Assembly (NCBI RefSeq): GCF_025526975.1
Contig: NW_026515669.1
Coordinates: forward strand, 248,001-312,000
Origin: Fimicolochytrium jonesii
Taxonomy: Eukaryota
DNA length: 64,000 nt
Reading direction: 5' to 3'
Shown piece by piece: positions 25,588 to 37,894 of this stretch. Each line of letters starts with the position of its first letter. Position 1 is the stretch's first letter. A program made the position numbers and the translations under genes. The notes under the pieces are model-generated. The model had not been told where the DNA came from. It did no database searches and saw only the letters and a program-made list of their open reading frames with translations.

Positions 25588-27110
25588 ATGGACCTCGACG
25601 CGAGGTCACTCGAACGTGTCCCGAACTCAGGGTCCGCAGAGTACGCCCGGCCAGCAGCCCACAAACGGTCGGGGAAATGGGTAAGTTGGAAGATTCCAAC
25701 AAGCAGGGGTGGGTAGGGGTTTCGACGAAGTCGGCTCAAAGCGCTTATCTCTCGTAGATACCGAAGGACCCCTGGGCAAAAGCCGCGGTTATCTGGGCCA
25801 CCGTGCAGCTGTTAATCATCGTCCTTCTTGAAGCCATTGTGCTGAAGAAGCACGCGGACAATAACGATCAGTTGAAGCTTGCGCTGGGGCAAGACAAAAA
25901 CGCTATCGCCAACGCAAGTGCACTCACCATCTACCATGCTCTCTTCATGGTGGCGCAAGTGTTCCAATGGGTTCTTGCGGCAGATGCGGTAAGCCGTCAG
26001 ATGTAGAAAGATTTATCGACGAGAGGACACAAACTGATGTTGACGGTTTCAGGTGCATACATATTCGATGATCGAAATGGTGTCGACAACTCTGTTCAAT
26101 TGCGCCCTGTTTGCGTACGCTGGGATGCAGTATAAGCAGGCTAAGGATATTGCCGACGGTATATCACGCTCACCGAACTTTGAGGCCACCACGGGACTTC
26201 TGAATGCCCATCCCGCCTCGACTATGGAGATTATCATCGTGTGTGCCATGGGCTTTTTTGTCGTGGGATGGATCGTTCTCTCGCAACGCCTGTACAGAGT
26301 CTTCGGCTGGAGCATCTTCAAGGAGCTGGGAGCGGACATCTCCGTGCGAAGTGAGTGGATGCGTGCATTTACTGCGAAAGCGCTGTGCTGTCAAGAAGCC
26401 AATACTGATCGATGTCGCTGATCCAGACCGTCTCAAGCTGTATCACATCTACCTGATGCTGTTGAAGCTGGATGTCTTCTTTTTCATTGGATTCGACGTG
26501 CAGTACCTCATTCTGGTTATCCTGAGTGGCAATAGCGGCGGATCCCCCAACGAGAAGTGGATACATGGCTTTGGCGCCATACCGTTCACACTTGTTCTGC
26601 TAGTGATTGCGTACATGGCAGTGCGTCGGGAGAGCAAGATCCTGATGACAGCGACGCTGTTGGGACTGTCGGGAGGGATTGGATACCTTATATCGAAATT
26701 GGTGGACGTGCTGAGAAAAGGCGATCAACCAAAGTATTCAGGAAGCAAGAATTCTTTGACATTCTTCGGTATGTACAGCGTGTACAGGATGCCGGCTTCC
26801 TTACCCCGCTGGCGTGAGGTTTGAACTCACGCGACTCATGCTCATACAGAGGCGATAACGCTTGGCATGTGCGTGGCAACGTTCATATTCGCGCTGCTTA
26901 CCTTCCGGAACTTTGGGAAGGGTTTGAAAGAGCAGTGTAAGTAGTCGTCTGTGGAGGGCGAACGCGGGAAAGGTTTCATGTTGAACGGGATACTCACATG
27001 GCAACAATGTTGTAGTGAGCAAGTCGAGACGAGGGGACTTGGAGATGGACAACATGCAACGAGGACGGCAAGGACGGCAGAAGGATACGCCTCGATACAC
27101 CCTCGAGTAA
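25588..27110 (+). CDS. Multi-pass fungal membrane protein (UPF0658 Golgi membrane protein-like)
   Basis: Hydrophobic helices with 'LYRVFGWSIFKELGADI..R..LKLYHIYLMLLKLDVFFFIGFDVQYL', 'AVRRESK', 'SLTFF', 'NFGKGLK'. Six exons reconstructed in phase. Confidence 0.75.
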
Positions 27111-27745
27111 GCTCTGTGTTTGGCACACTGCCAAACTTTGTTGTCTCCCATATCAACCCGACCCGAGACGCTTTTGTGAGAAAAGGGCCGGATCGCCCTC
27201 GGGACCCACCTACTCCCGAAATGTCTACATCAAGCACAGCTGACACTCGCGATTGGAACACGGACTTCCCTACGGCCGTCATCACACACCCGCCTCTAAT
27301 CCCACATTTACACATAGAACAATCTGTATTTTCAGTCTATCCCTGGTGGATTATCCTTCCCGCTCCTTTTTGTTTCGCAGACTTTCTCTGTGTTTTGTAT
27401 AGCGGCGTAGCACGTGTTCCCGGCCTATTGTACCGGCCATTGACTGAGGCAGGGTTTGGATTCTGGGTTTTGCAAATGCGGCATGAGCCTCATCGGGCCA
27501 GAAGGACAAGACGGATGGACGCGTGAGTTATGGGCTCCGCGTCCGAAGTCCGAAATGACGTTTCTCGATCAGGCTCGATCGGGAAAAGCGTTCAACGTTG
27601 CGTTCAACTCTTTGAGGCACCTCAGGGTGGATTTTCCGCCGGTCGCTAATCGCAAACCAGCGCAGGCGGCAAACTCTGAGTGACAAGCCCGCCCCCTGAG
27701 TGCCGATATCTCCAAAGTCAATCCCATCGTCTGAAGTGTGCCAAA

Positions 27746-28910
27746 ATGCCCGTCGTCTCTACGCTGTTGGCGACGGCCGTAGCTGCCCTTGGGCTCCAAA
27801 CCGCGGTCGGAATTCCTTCCGTTGCACTCAAATCGGACATAGTATATGACCTCTCAGGGTACGTTATCAGTCAGTTCGCGATGCGGTTTGTCATGCATGC
27901 TCACACTGCGATTTTCAGGGCCATCACGTTCGGCATATGTACACTGGTGTCACTCTACTACCCAAACGTAAGGGCATTCGGTCTCAAACGCCTGCTCGAA
28001 AACCCCAAACTACTCTCTACATTCCCCAGCCCCCTCAACTTCCATCCCCGCCAACTAATCGCCAGCGGTTTGGTGTTCATCTGGGCCGGCCGGCTCGGTT
28101 CACACCTATTCATCCGCGCGCTCAAATCCGGCGGCGACCCGCGTTTCGAGCAAATCAAGAAGGATCCCATAAAGTTTTCCTTCGCCTTCCTCGGCCAAGC
28201 ATTATGGGTGACTCTCACGGCCCTGCCCGTGTATGCCATCAACGCCGTGCCAGCCGCGTTGCAGCCGGCGTTGGGATGGAAGGATTTCCTCGGCTTGGGG
28301 ATCTGGGCGTTTGGGTTTGCGTATGAGGTGATTGCGGATCGGCAGAAGACGGCGCATTCGCAGCGGGTGAAGGAGAAGAAGGCGGAGGATGAGCCGTTTT
28401 TGAGGACGGGGTTGTGGGCGAAGTCCAGGTTCCCGAAGTACGTGTGCGAGATTGTGGAGTATGCGATGTGTGTGATTCTACTTACCAACGTGATCCTGTA
28501 TGGTAGCTATTTTGGGGAGGTTACCCTTTGGAGTGGCCTTTACGTAACGTCCCTGGGACTCTTGACCTCGGCCAACCTCCCATCGCACGTTTACCCTCCC
28601 TGGATCGCTTTGGCCGCTGCCTCCGGACCTATCTTTGAGTACCTCCTTCTCACCAAGGTATGGTTCCTGATCCTTCTCCACCCAAATGTCGCGAAGATGT
28701 ACAACTTCTCACGTCGGGACCCTTTGATAGGCGTCTGGGATCCCGCCCATTGAGAAGCACCACGACAAAAAGCACGGAAAGAACCCTGAGTATCAGAAGT
28801 ACAAACGGTATGGATCTATCCCCCTCGTTATGAGCAGTAGTGCGTGGATTCAATTTCCTCATCGCTATATTTTTAGAGAAACGCCCCAGTTCTTCCCGAA
28901 GTTCTTCTGA
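27746..28910 (+). CDS. DUF1295 / steroid 5-alpha-reductase-like membrane protein
   Basis: 'SDIVYDLSG', 'IWAGRLGSHLFIR...GGDPRFEQIK', 'QALWVTLTALP', 'EVIADRQK', 'RTGLWAKSRFP.YFGEVTLWSG', 'VSGIPPIE', 'ETPQFFP'. Confidence 0.85.
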
Positions 28911-29241
28911 GACCATCAGCTCTAATGGTGTCGTGCATCAAATGCACATTATTTCTGGCACCTCCCTCATTACCTCAGGATTGCTAGTCCTCTCCCATTC
29001 GCGAACTCTCTCGTACCCACCTCGTAGCAGCAGAACTTCTGGCTGGGAAAGAGATGTTGTGTATCCCCTTGTACTGTACATAATGAATTCTACCGCAAAC
29101 ATCATATCACATTTTCCTCTGGTTGACCGTGTGACTGCCTTCCTTATTTTTGGACGTTCGAAGTGATAAGTGCACACGGAAGCAGGTGCGCGAGCCTTTC
29201 CTACTTTTTCCAGTTTCCGCAAACCCCAAGACACCGCCACA

Positions 29242-30671
29242 ATGCCAACGATAGAAGAACTCTCAGACAACATTGAGCATCAATATGCGCAACACCAGGC
29301 CGCAGGGCCCCAGGCCAAGCACCAGGATGCTGACAAGTTTATCGACGACCTCATGAAGACACCCTTGTTCATGAAGACCATGCCGACCGAAAAGGACCTG
29401 GAGGAGAACGAGACGTTGGCAGCTATACACTCGCTTATTTACGACGGGACGCCTGAAGGTTCGTTTTGCCTGAGTGGGCTTTTGGTATTGGGTTGAGCTC
29501 ACATAAGTGTTTTCGGGTATAGAAATTGCAATGAATTTCAAGAACCAAGGAAACGAGAGTTTCAAGGCGGGCAAGCGGGAGTACAAACATGCTATCAATT
29601 ACTACACAAAGGGACTGGAGCAGAAGGCCGACAATGCGGAACTGAATGCGACGCTTTACTCTAATCGTGCGGCTGTGAATTTGGAGCTGGGTATGTGCAT
29701 TAGGGAATTGTCGAGAAAGCTTCAGGGGTTGTGGAGCAACCTGCTGACTCTCCAGTGATTTCTTTTGGGTAGGCAATTATCGAAAGGTCCTGAACGACTG
29801 TGCGGAAGCGATAACATTGCGTCCGGAAACTATCAAGGCATATTATCGGTCGGCAAAGGCTCTCATTGCGCTCGACAAGCTTGCCGAGGCGATAGATTGT
29901 TGTGACATCGGTTTGAAGGTTAGTCGATTAGCTGGTCAGTCGGATACTCCTATGTCGTGGCTCACCGTGGGCCCTCACTCCTATAGATAGATCCCAATAA
30001 TGCGGCGTTGAGTGTAGAGAGGAAGAAGGCCGTAGATAGGAAGATGCTGCAGGAAGAGACTGATAGGAAGAGGAAGGAGCGAGAGGAGAGAATCAAACGA
30101 GAGGAAGGGGAAGTCCAGCAAGCTATTCTGGTACGTTACACCCCCAGTGCTTTTGTATTTATGCATGCCGGTCATTGACAATGCAACTTACGCCATACAA
30201 CAGTCCAAAGGTATTAAGCCGATAAGAAGCAACAAGCCCAGCAAGGACACGGAGCAGCCCGCGATTGTCAACTCCCTACACTCCGACCACAAGATCAAAT
30301 ACGATGCCCAAACCAACATCCTCACCTTCCCCGTCGTGTTCCTCTACCCGGAACACTCGCAATCAGATCTCATCGCTGCGTTCAACGAGGACGACCTGTT
30401 CCAAGCCCATCTGGAGATGATGTTTGGCGACGAAAGTCCATCGTGGGATACGGGGAAGACATATAAGCCGGACGATCTCGAAATCTACTTTGAGGGATTC
30501 CCAAACAATGGACCGGCAAAGTTGTTGCGGGTTGGAAAGCGGATGACGTTGGGTGATGTGCTGACGCATCCAGAGTTCCGAGTGGTAGACGGCGTGTGCA
30601 CATTCGCGGTGGTACCGAAGACATCGCCTTACAAGAAGATCTTGAAGGCGAAGTATAAGCAACGATCATAG
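29242..30671 (+). CDS. CNS1: Hsp70/Hsp90 co-chaperone Cns1/TTC4 (TPR plus wheel domain)
   Basis: 'KTPLFMKTMP...ENETLAAIHSLIYDGTPE|EIAMNFKNQGNESFK..K..YKHAINYYTKGL', 'LYSNRAAVNLEL', 'LTFPVVFLYPEHSQSDLIAAFNE'. Confidence 0.92.
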
Positions 30672-31825
30672 GACGTAGAGCTAGACTAGAATCGGGGTAG
30701 GGCAAGCATTCCGTAGAACGTGCAGCGATTCCCCCTCCACATTGCGACTCATTTTCGAGCACCCTAGGCGTTTTCGTGTCCAAGAGACACTTGCAATCAA
30801 TCAAATTCCCCACCGGCAGACAGGCTCCAGAAGACATGGCCCTGCAGTAATCTCAATAAGGGATGGTGGTATTTTATTCTATTTCCTCAGCAATCGACAA
30901 GATGTCTAATCCTTCTTTTGGGCGGCCTCGAGCTTTTCCTTCCAGTATTCACCAACGACGGGGATATTTTGGAAAATGTCGGTCCTTGCGAGTGGCTGTT
31001 AAGTTAGAATCAACGGATGGGTGGTAAGTGAGTTGCACATTCGGTTGCACATTCGGTAGCTGAGCAGATGGGTTTGCTCAAAAGTCCCCACGTCCCTCCG
31101 AATCATGGCCCCGACGGCCGCGGCTGCCATTCCTTCCAACCGGCTCCCCTTAGAGCCCTCCGTAATTGTCCGGGAATTGTGAATATTTTCCGACATACCG
31201 TAGGTTCAAGGAAGTAAAGAGCCGCAATTCCACCGAACGCTCCCCAAGCAGCAAGAGTAGGTGTGCTACGAAGTGAAGGACACCATGTGGGGTATGGTTA
31301 GTTATTGCTTTGTAGTTCCCATCCAGCGGCCAGGACTATATGCCGCCTAGATTCCACCCAAGGCCGTTTCGGTATTGACAGAGCCCCAAGAGCGTTAAAA
31401 ACTGTACTTACTAGTGGACAACCTTCTTGAATTGCACAAAGGGCCTGGCTTTGCGGAGCCATGGAGCGACGGTAATCCACTGTTGAGCCAACATTTTGTG
31501 TGTTTCTTGCAGCGAACTGACAGATTTTGTAATGCCGGGAATGCTCGGGTGCGGATGCTTGGGTTGTGTTGTTCGTTCATGCGCTGACATTTAAATGATA
31601 AACACGTGCATTGCATTGGAATTACGCGCATATCAAGCATCGGCTCAGCGCTCACATACGTCCGCGCAGTTGCGCCGCGACAACCTCGACAACTCCGCCG
31701 ACGCTTTTTCCACAGCTCCTTTTTTCAACATTGCTTTTGCCAATGGCAAAACCACACACACCCAACTGACCTGAGACTTTGTGGGATAACTAAAACAGGT
31801 ATGAGGAGCAACTCCAGCTGGTCTG

Positions 31826-34800
31826 TTGGAGAAAGTAATTACTTACCGCGAACTTTTACCAAGCAGAACTCCTCAACCATGCCAACCCTCAAACAACGTG
31901 CTACTAGGAAAACCTTTGGACCTCTGGATTCTACGTAACGGCTCTTCCCATTCTCAATGCACAAAGGTATGGAAAAGCTGGCCTTCTAATCTCAGAATGA
32001 GGTCACACAAAGTGACTTGAGGATTGCAGATGCAGACCAGGACGCAAACTGCCGAGTTGCTGTGTAAGGCTGAGGATGACCGGAAAGACTATGTGTACTG
32101 TGATATCTGGAATACAGCAGCAGATAAGCCCTGCTCCAAAGCTCGAGTGCAACGCCGTCGTGTTGAAGCAAAGGGCATTCACCGCCAATTCACGCTGTTG
32201 AGCACGGATATGCGCTCCTGGCTTGGAAGTTCCAACGGTAGTTTCTGTTTGCAGGCTCCCACGGGTGACCTTCCCAATACCGTCAAGCTGTATGGATGCA
32301 AAACATGCATGAAGGCAGTGAGAGCAGAGAGACAGCACAGGGTAGCCAGTGCCAGGCCTTCTGCCAGTGACAATGAGGACGGCACTCTTCCCCCCAGCGG
32401 CGACAGCACTCCGCCCCCCAGCAGCGACGCTGCCAACCTGCCCCTGCCCACTGTGCGCACTCAGTCTCACGTTGATATTCGCCTCCCAAAGCGACTCATG
32501 CGCCCGCTTCAGTCGAAGTTTCAAGGTGTTGCCCCTCCTGATGCCGAAGCTCGCCGCAGCCGGTCCCGCACAACATCTGGTGTCCTCGAGGGTTCATCAG
32601 CAAAGCCGTGGGACAAACTGGAGATGTTGTTTTTCCTCAGACTCACGGATGAGGTTGAAGATGAAGATGAGGGGGATGACAGGATTGACGAACCAACAAC
32701 GCCGGGGCCTGAGGGGAGGACCTACGCAGCAAAGCTGCAGATGCTCATGGAGAACCCACTTGTGCACAAGCATGGGCAGCTTCTTTTCCCTATTGGAAAC
32801 ATGGAACGGTTTATTGATCATATGAATACCACATGCGTTGGGCTGTTTGACATGAAGATGACCATGGTCGTTGGGGACGTGCCTCTGAAGCGCAGCTCAA
32901 AGTGGAGTGAGAAACACCATGATAGGATCCGCCGCAGAGTGTTCATCGCGATCCTGCTCGATCTCAGCACACGACACCTTCGTGCAAACTACCTTCAGTG
33001 CTGGATGTCCACCCAGCTCCAGCTTTCCAACGTCAGCACCGATCAGCAGACAAAGATCGCCAGGGTTGGCCTCTCCCTTGTCCCGCAACACAACACTGTC
33101 CGAGCGCAGGCTGCCATTGCCGCTCACGAAGGGGATGTGTCCGCGCGACTTGCGCTTCCCAACACATCCGCTGTGGTTCTTGTTGATGATTTCAATTGGC
33201 ATCAGGGGAGAGGCACGCCAAATGAGCGGGGAAAGCGATCAATCACCCGGACAACAGCAAATGTTGGAGTGCGTACTTGGGATGTCTCGGAGATGCCTCG
33301 CCTACCCTCTGGGCTGGGGCCGTTGCGCCCCAATTTTCACACAATCGGGTTTGCAGAGGATCAACATGTTCCTTTGCAGTATTGTCAGCTGTTGGATCGG
33401 ACACTGACATCCTACATTGTCAAACGTGGGAACGGAGGGGAAATACGCCAGATGTATGACACCCGGCGCTTGGATCGGGTGTGCTCCATCAAAAACTTTG
33501 TGGCGTTGGCAAGCGAAGACAACCCGATAAAGTCTGATGAGGATATGGTGAAGCTTTATCAGGAGACAATCATCCTGAAACTTCGGCCATATATCGATGA
33601 ATCGCCAATCGTTGTATCCGGAGACTTCTACGTCTGGATGGGAACCCATAAGTTCCTCACGGGCTCTGCGGAGGGGCAGCAACACTCCGGAAAATTCTTG
33701 GATTGGCCTGGATCGTTTCACATTGCCTTGAACATGCAGGAAGCAGCATACAAGCACTGGTTCCCCCTTCTTAAGATCCTTTACAAAGCGGCATTTCCGG
33801 GTCTCGTTTGTCCACAGGTCAATCTGCGTCCCATTCAACGTGTTCTCCTGCTGTCTCTCGCACTTCAGGCATGGCAGCTTGCTCACACGCCGACGTCGAC
33901 AGCCCCGATGGCGCATGACTACAGTTGGGGCGGGAATGTTATCCGTACCTTCTTCAAGGAGCATCTACCGCTCATGCTCGACGCACCAGTGATTATCACA
34001 TCCCTCAACTACGATCACTTTGAGGAATTCCTTGTTTGCCGCCTCCTGTTCTTCATACAAATGGGGAAGCAGAACTACGTGACAATCATCCTTTGCATTC
34101 TTGGGCGCATGGGCTTCTACCGTGCGCACAACATCCCGCTTTACAAATGGATCCAAAACAACTTCCGGTATCTCAGCGAGGAGGCCATCGAACTCTGGCA
34201 TTCAGTCATCCGTCCCCTTATTCATCCGACGATGCAGCAGAATCAAGCCGAGCAGCGAGTCATGTTCAAAGCTGCCCTCCAAGAAGCCGATGCTCAGGAA
34301 GCGGCAGTACTGAATCTTCGCCAAGGCAAGCTACAGGGAGCAAACGCTGGGACGTTGTTGTTCCAATTCCGCAAAGACCAGGAGTGCAACCTCCAGGCTG
34401 CGGCGGATAAGCTTCTCAGCATTCTTGACCAGATAATCGTCTACAACAGAGACCATGGCGGCCCAGCCTATGAGAGGGAATCAAGGACAGCTGGCAAGAA
34501 TCCGGTGACCACGCGGTTGTATCGTTTCACCACAGAGCCTGACGGCCTGCTGCTAGGTGAGGCAGTCATCCCACTCACCCAGCGACGCCCAAATGCACAA
34601 GGCCACACCGTAGTCAAGGTTGGAAAGCATGTTGACATTACTCGATATGCATTCCCATGCGACAACGCTGGTCATAACACCCCCTGCCAGCCCCTTTCCT
34701 GCGGTTGTTGCTGTCACCGCAGCAGTGTTCGAGCGATGTTCAAGCAGAGCAAGTGCCCAAACTGCTTTTGCTATCACGAAGGAAATCATGCAGGCCGTTG

Positions 34801-34904
34801 TCGCATATCGTAACAGCAAGGTGCAAGAGTGGAGTCAGGCTGGCGTTGCGGGAGAGGAAAGCGATGAGGAGCCCTCTGTCTTTGACGTTGATGAAGCAAG
34901 TTAA
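31826..34904 (+). mobile_element. Decaying intronless DDE-type transposase-like gene (main ORF 32024-34813, 929 aa) with Cys-rich N- and C-terminal regions
   Basis: Candidate catalytic residues 'VVLVDDF' (~33185), 'IVVSGD' (~33623), 'PGSFH' (~33710) and 'LSEEAIELWHS' (~34175), with a long helical insert between the second D and the E. RING-like Cys cluster at the C-terminus. In-frame TGA at 32018 and a 1-nt frameshift at ~34766. No TIR or TSD found. Confidence 0.6.
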
Positions 34905-36467
34905 AGTAGGCATTTATCTGTTTTTAAGAGAAAATATAAAAAATGTAATGGAACAGTTTTGAAGAGCGGCCTCTGGCGCACATATCCTACTACAATACTT
35001 GGGGTGGCCGTTGCGTGTGTGCAGAGGCCGTGGGGTTGCGACAAGAGATGTCTGTTTATTCTGCGCGGAAGACCGAACGACACGCTTGCCGAAGACGTAT
35101 GTGAGCGCTGAGAGCATCGGCATTGATTCGGCAAGATCTTCAATGCTCAAACATCGGAATGTCCAGATGTGGCCAACACCCGTGTTGTAGTGAGAGCGAC
35201 GTTTTGCCTCGATCAACGGCCGCGACCTCTCTGGAAGAAGCAGAGAAGCAGCCGTTCCCTTGGACCATCTGCCGCCATTCATCTCTTCAACTGCCCGGAA
35301 GTCTGGGGACACAAGACGCAATTCAGTACCAGCCAATCAATGAGAGGAACCCACTGCGGAACGAAAGGTTGAAAGGCCCAGGGACAGGATGCACTGATGC
35401 ACCCTTCCGGGCCAAACCCGCTGGCTGGATGGTTCGCTTCACACATAGGACGCGCCGCCATACACAAAGACACTGCCTCATTATTCATACCCTCAACGAG
35501 CACACGCATGAAAAGATTTGAGGCAAGGAGCACGTTGTCACTTTGGGGTTCGCAAATTGATGATCGATATTGGACACCCATACTGCGTTCTTTCCAGCGG
35601 CGGGGATTGTGCCCGAGCTCTCCCATGTTTCCATGTCATAGAGCGATGACACCCATTTGCATAGGCACACCGCGGAACGCAGATAATCTTAAGTCAAACA
35701 CAGCCGTTTGCGGACGGCGGCTGTGACTCGCCAGTGACCCTGAACCTTTCAAGCAGAAATTTCCTATGGTGTTGGTGGCGCTTGTGGCGTCCCTTGGGGC
35801 GACAGTGCGTAGCGACTACCGTACAGCCTACAACTTGACCGGTTTCGAAGTTCCACTGGCGCGAAGTACCTGTGAAACCGTACAGTACTGTACTACATAG
35901 AACGCTTCACGCGTGCGCGTCCAGCGGACTTTCTGGCCGATTTGCGCCATGGCAGAGACCGCTTTCGGGCCATTCTTTTGTCCAATTCGCGCCTCTTTCG
36001 AGCGCTTTGAGCTTTTTGAGACGCTAGGGTACCCGGCCGGCGACATCTTTTACGTAGGAGTGGGCGGCCGTTTGCACAGCCCAAGTGCGGCCGACTCAAT
36101 CACAAGTTGTTGACCGTCTCGTGACCTTTACTGCATGGACAGCAAACATGCGCTTCGCTGAACGTTGGTTCCTTTTGGACGACGGATGCTGCGTACAGCA
36201 CAGAATCTGGCCCGGTCCATTTTTCTTCGCGGTTTTGCTAGCAGCCAGCCAGTAGAGGCATAGAGCGGTACCAGCAGCGGCAACAGCATGGGATTTCCGA
36301 TGGACGCGCTACCAGGATAGAAGGATAGGGTTCGACCGGCGAATATAAAAGGGAGGCCCTTCTCCGGGACTCCCAGGTTCTCACCATCACATCAGCAACA
36401 GTCTTATTTCGCAGCAATCGCATTCTCTTTCGTACTCCGCACATCACAGTACCCTCGTTCTCTGAAG

Positions 36468-37319
36468 ATGTACGCCTCCCTCGCCCTCCTGGCCCCTCTC
36501 TTGGCCACTCTCGTCGCTGCCGCGCCAGCTGCTCCGGCTACTGCTGCTGCCTCTGCCCCTGCCACGCCTAGCTGCGTAGCCGACTGGACTATTTACCAGA
36601 ACAAGGACCTGAAGGTGTGATTTTGAGTTTCTTGCCACCCAGCCTGTCGTGCATCCTTCAAATCTTCCTGTTCGAATACTGACCTTCCCTGCCATTTGGA
36701 ACCCTACAGGACCTCGGAGACCTCAAGTCCCACCCCGCTTATAAGAAGAAGTTCAACAGCGCCTGCGAATGTGGCAACGCAGTGAACGCAGTTACATCGC
36801 CCGAGGCCGCCTTCTTTGTCTGGAACACCTCCACCAAGGAGTGCTTCCCCAAGGGGATGACTCCTTTCGACCAAGAAAATGAACAGATCCTCAGCCTCGG
36901 CTGGCAGACCAGCGCTAACTCTATCCCAGCTCAACGAGGTCTTCTGGGCACCGATGCTCAGGTATGCTAATCACCACGTCGGCGTGACCTACGGACATAT
37001 CGCGTAAACTCACACATTGGTACACCCATCAGCTCGCCAAGGTCTGTAAGCCCAAGTTCCGTGTGCCTGGAGACTGGAGCAACACATTCACCGCTTGCAG
37101 CGAAATCTGCAAGAACAACTATGGGATTGAGGGCTGCGACTTTGCCATCACCGTGGCGGGCCACGCCGGTAAGTCATTGCTCGCGAATTGCCTGTTTTAC
37201 TGAGTCTGCTTTGTATTGACTGTTCGTTTTCTTGCCGCATCGTAGGCCAAACCTGGTGCGACCTCTGCAGCTACGGCACCAACCAAGGGCAGGTGCTCGG
37301 AGCTCGCACCAAATGGTAG
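36468..37319 (+). CDS. Small secreted cysteine-rich protein (possible PAN/apple-like modules), 4 exons
   Basis: Signal peptide 'MYASLALLAPLLATLVAA', then an Ala/Pro linker and Cys pattern 'SACECGNA...AFFVWNTSTKECFPK' and 'ACSEICKN...GCDFAI...WCDLC'. TATAAAA at 36344; three GT-AG introns. Confidence 0.75.
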
Positions 37320-37894
37320 AGCTTTTCATCTGCCCGCACTTTAAGTTGTTTGCATAGCCATGGTCATTTGAAAAGATGTCCTCATAGTATATCCGTCGGA
37401 CTGTTACAATTGTATGAAGAATGGACTCGTGAAGTATCGGAATTGAATGTATTATCGTTTGTACCTGTGATCGCGCAACATGGAGGTCTATGGCTCGACG
37501 AGTTCAGTTCGGAAGGCTCCCGAGTCCTACCTGGCCAATCTGAACTTGTTACGAAGCCTAACTATATTACGAGCGGTCTCTAACATATGTTCAAAGCAGA
37601 GGTCTCTCTCCACTGACCCAGGGGCCAGAAGGCGGAAATTGACATGATATGGTTTTCGTGTTTTTCGTTTCTCCAATGTATAAGATTTCAGTTGTATTTA
37701 CAGGAAACTTAGTATCCATCACGGCGGTTGGCGTTGCGTCGGCATGTACAGGATGGACTGATCCCGTCCACAAATACATGTCGGAGCTGTTCCAACGACC
37801 TTCTACGGTATACCCCTCTATATGTCTAGTCAATCGCGCGGACTTGGGCTACGAGGTGCGATTACTCCGTCTTCGTTGTCCGGAGTGTTAAGGT

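Noticed and set aside
32024..34813. 929-aa ORF as a Fanzor/TnpB nuclease because of its C-terminal Cys cluster
   Set aside because: It lacks the RuvC motifs (DPG, E..TS..C, RD..AA.N); its motifs fit a DDE transposase better.
31478..35808. Transib-like TIR pair CACTGTTGAGCCAA / CACTGTCGCCCCAA around the transposase
   Set aside because: Only 11 of 14 bases match, the match does not extend, and the flanks (TAATC vs CGTAG) give no TSD.
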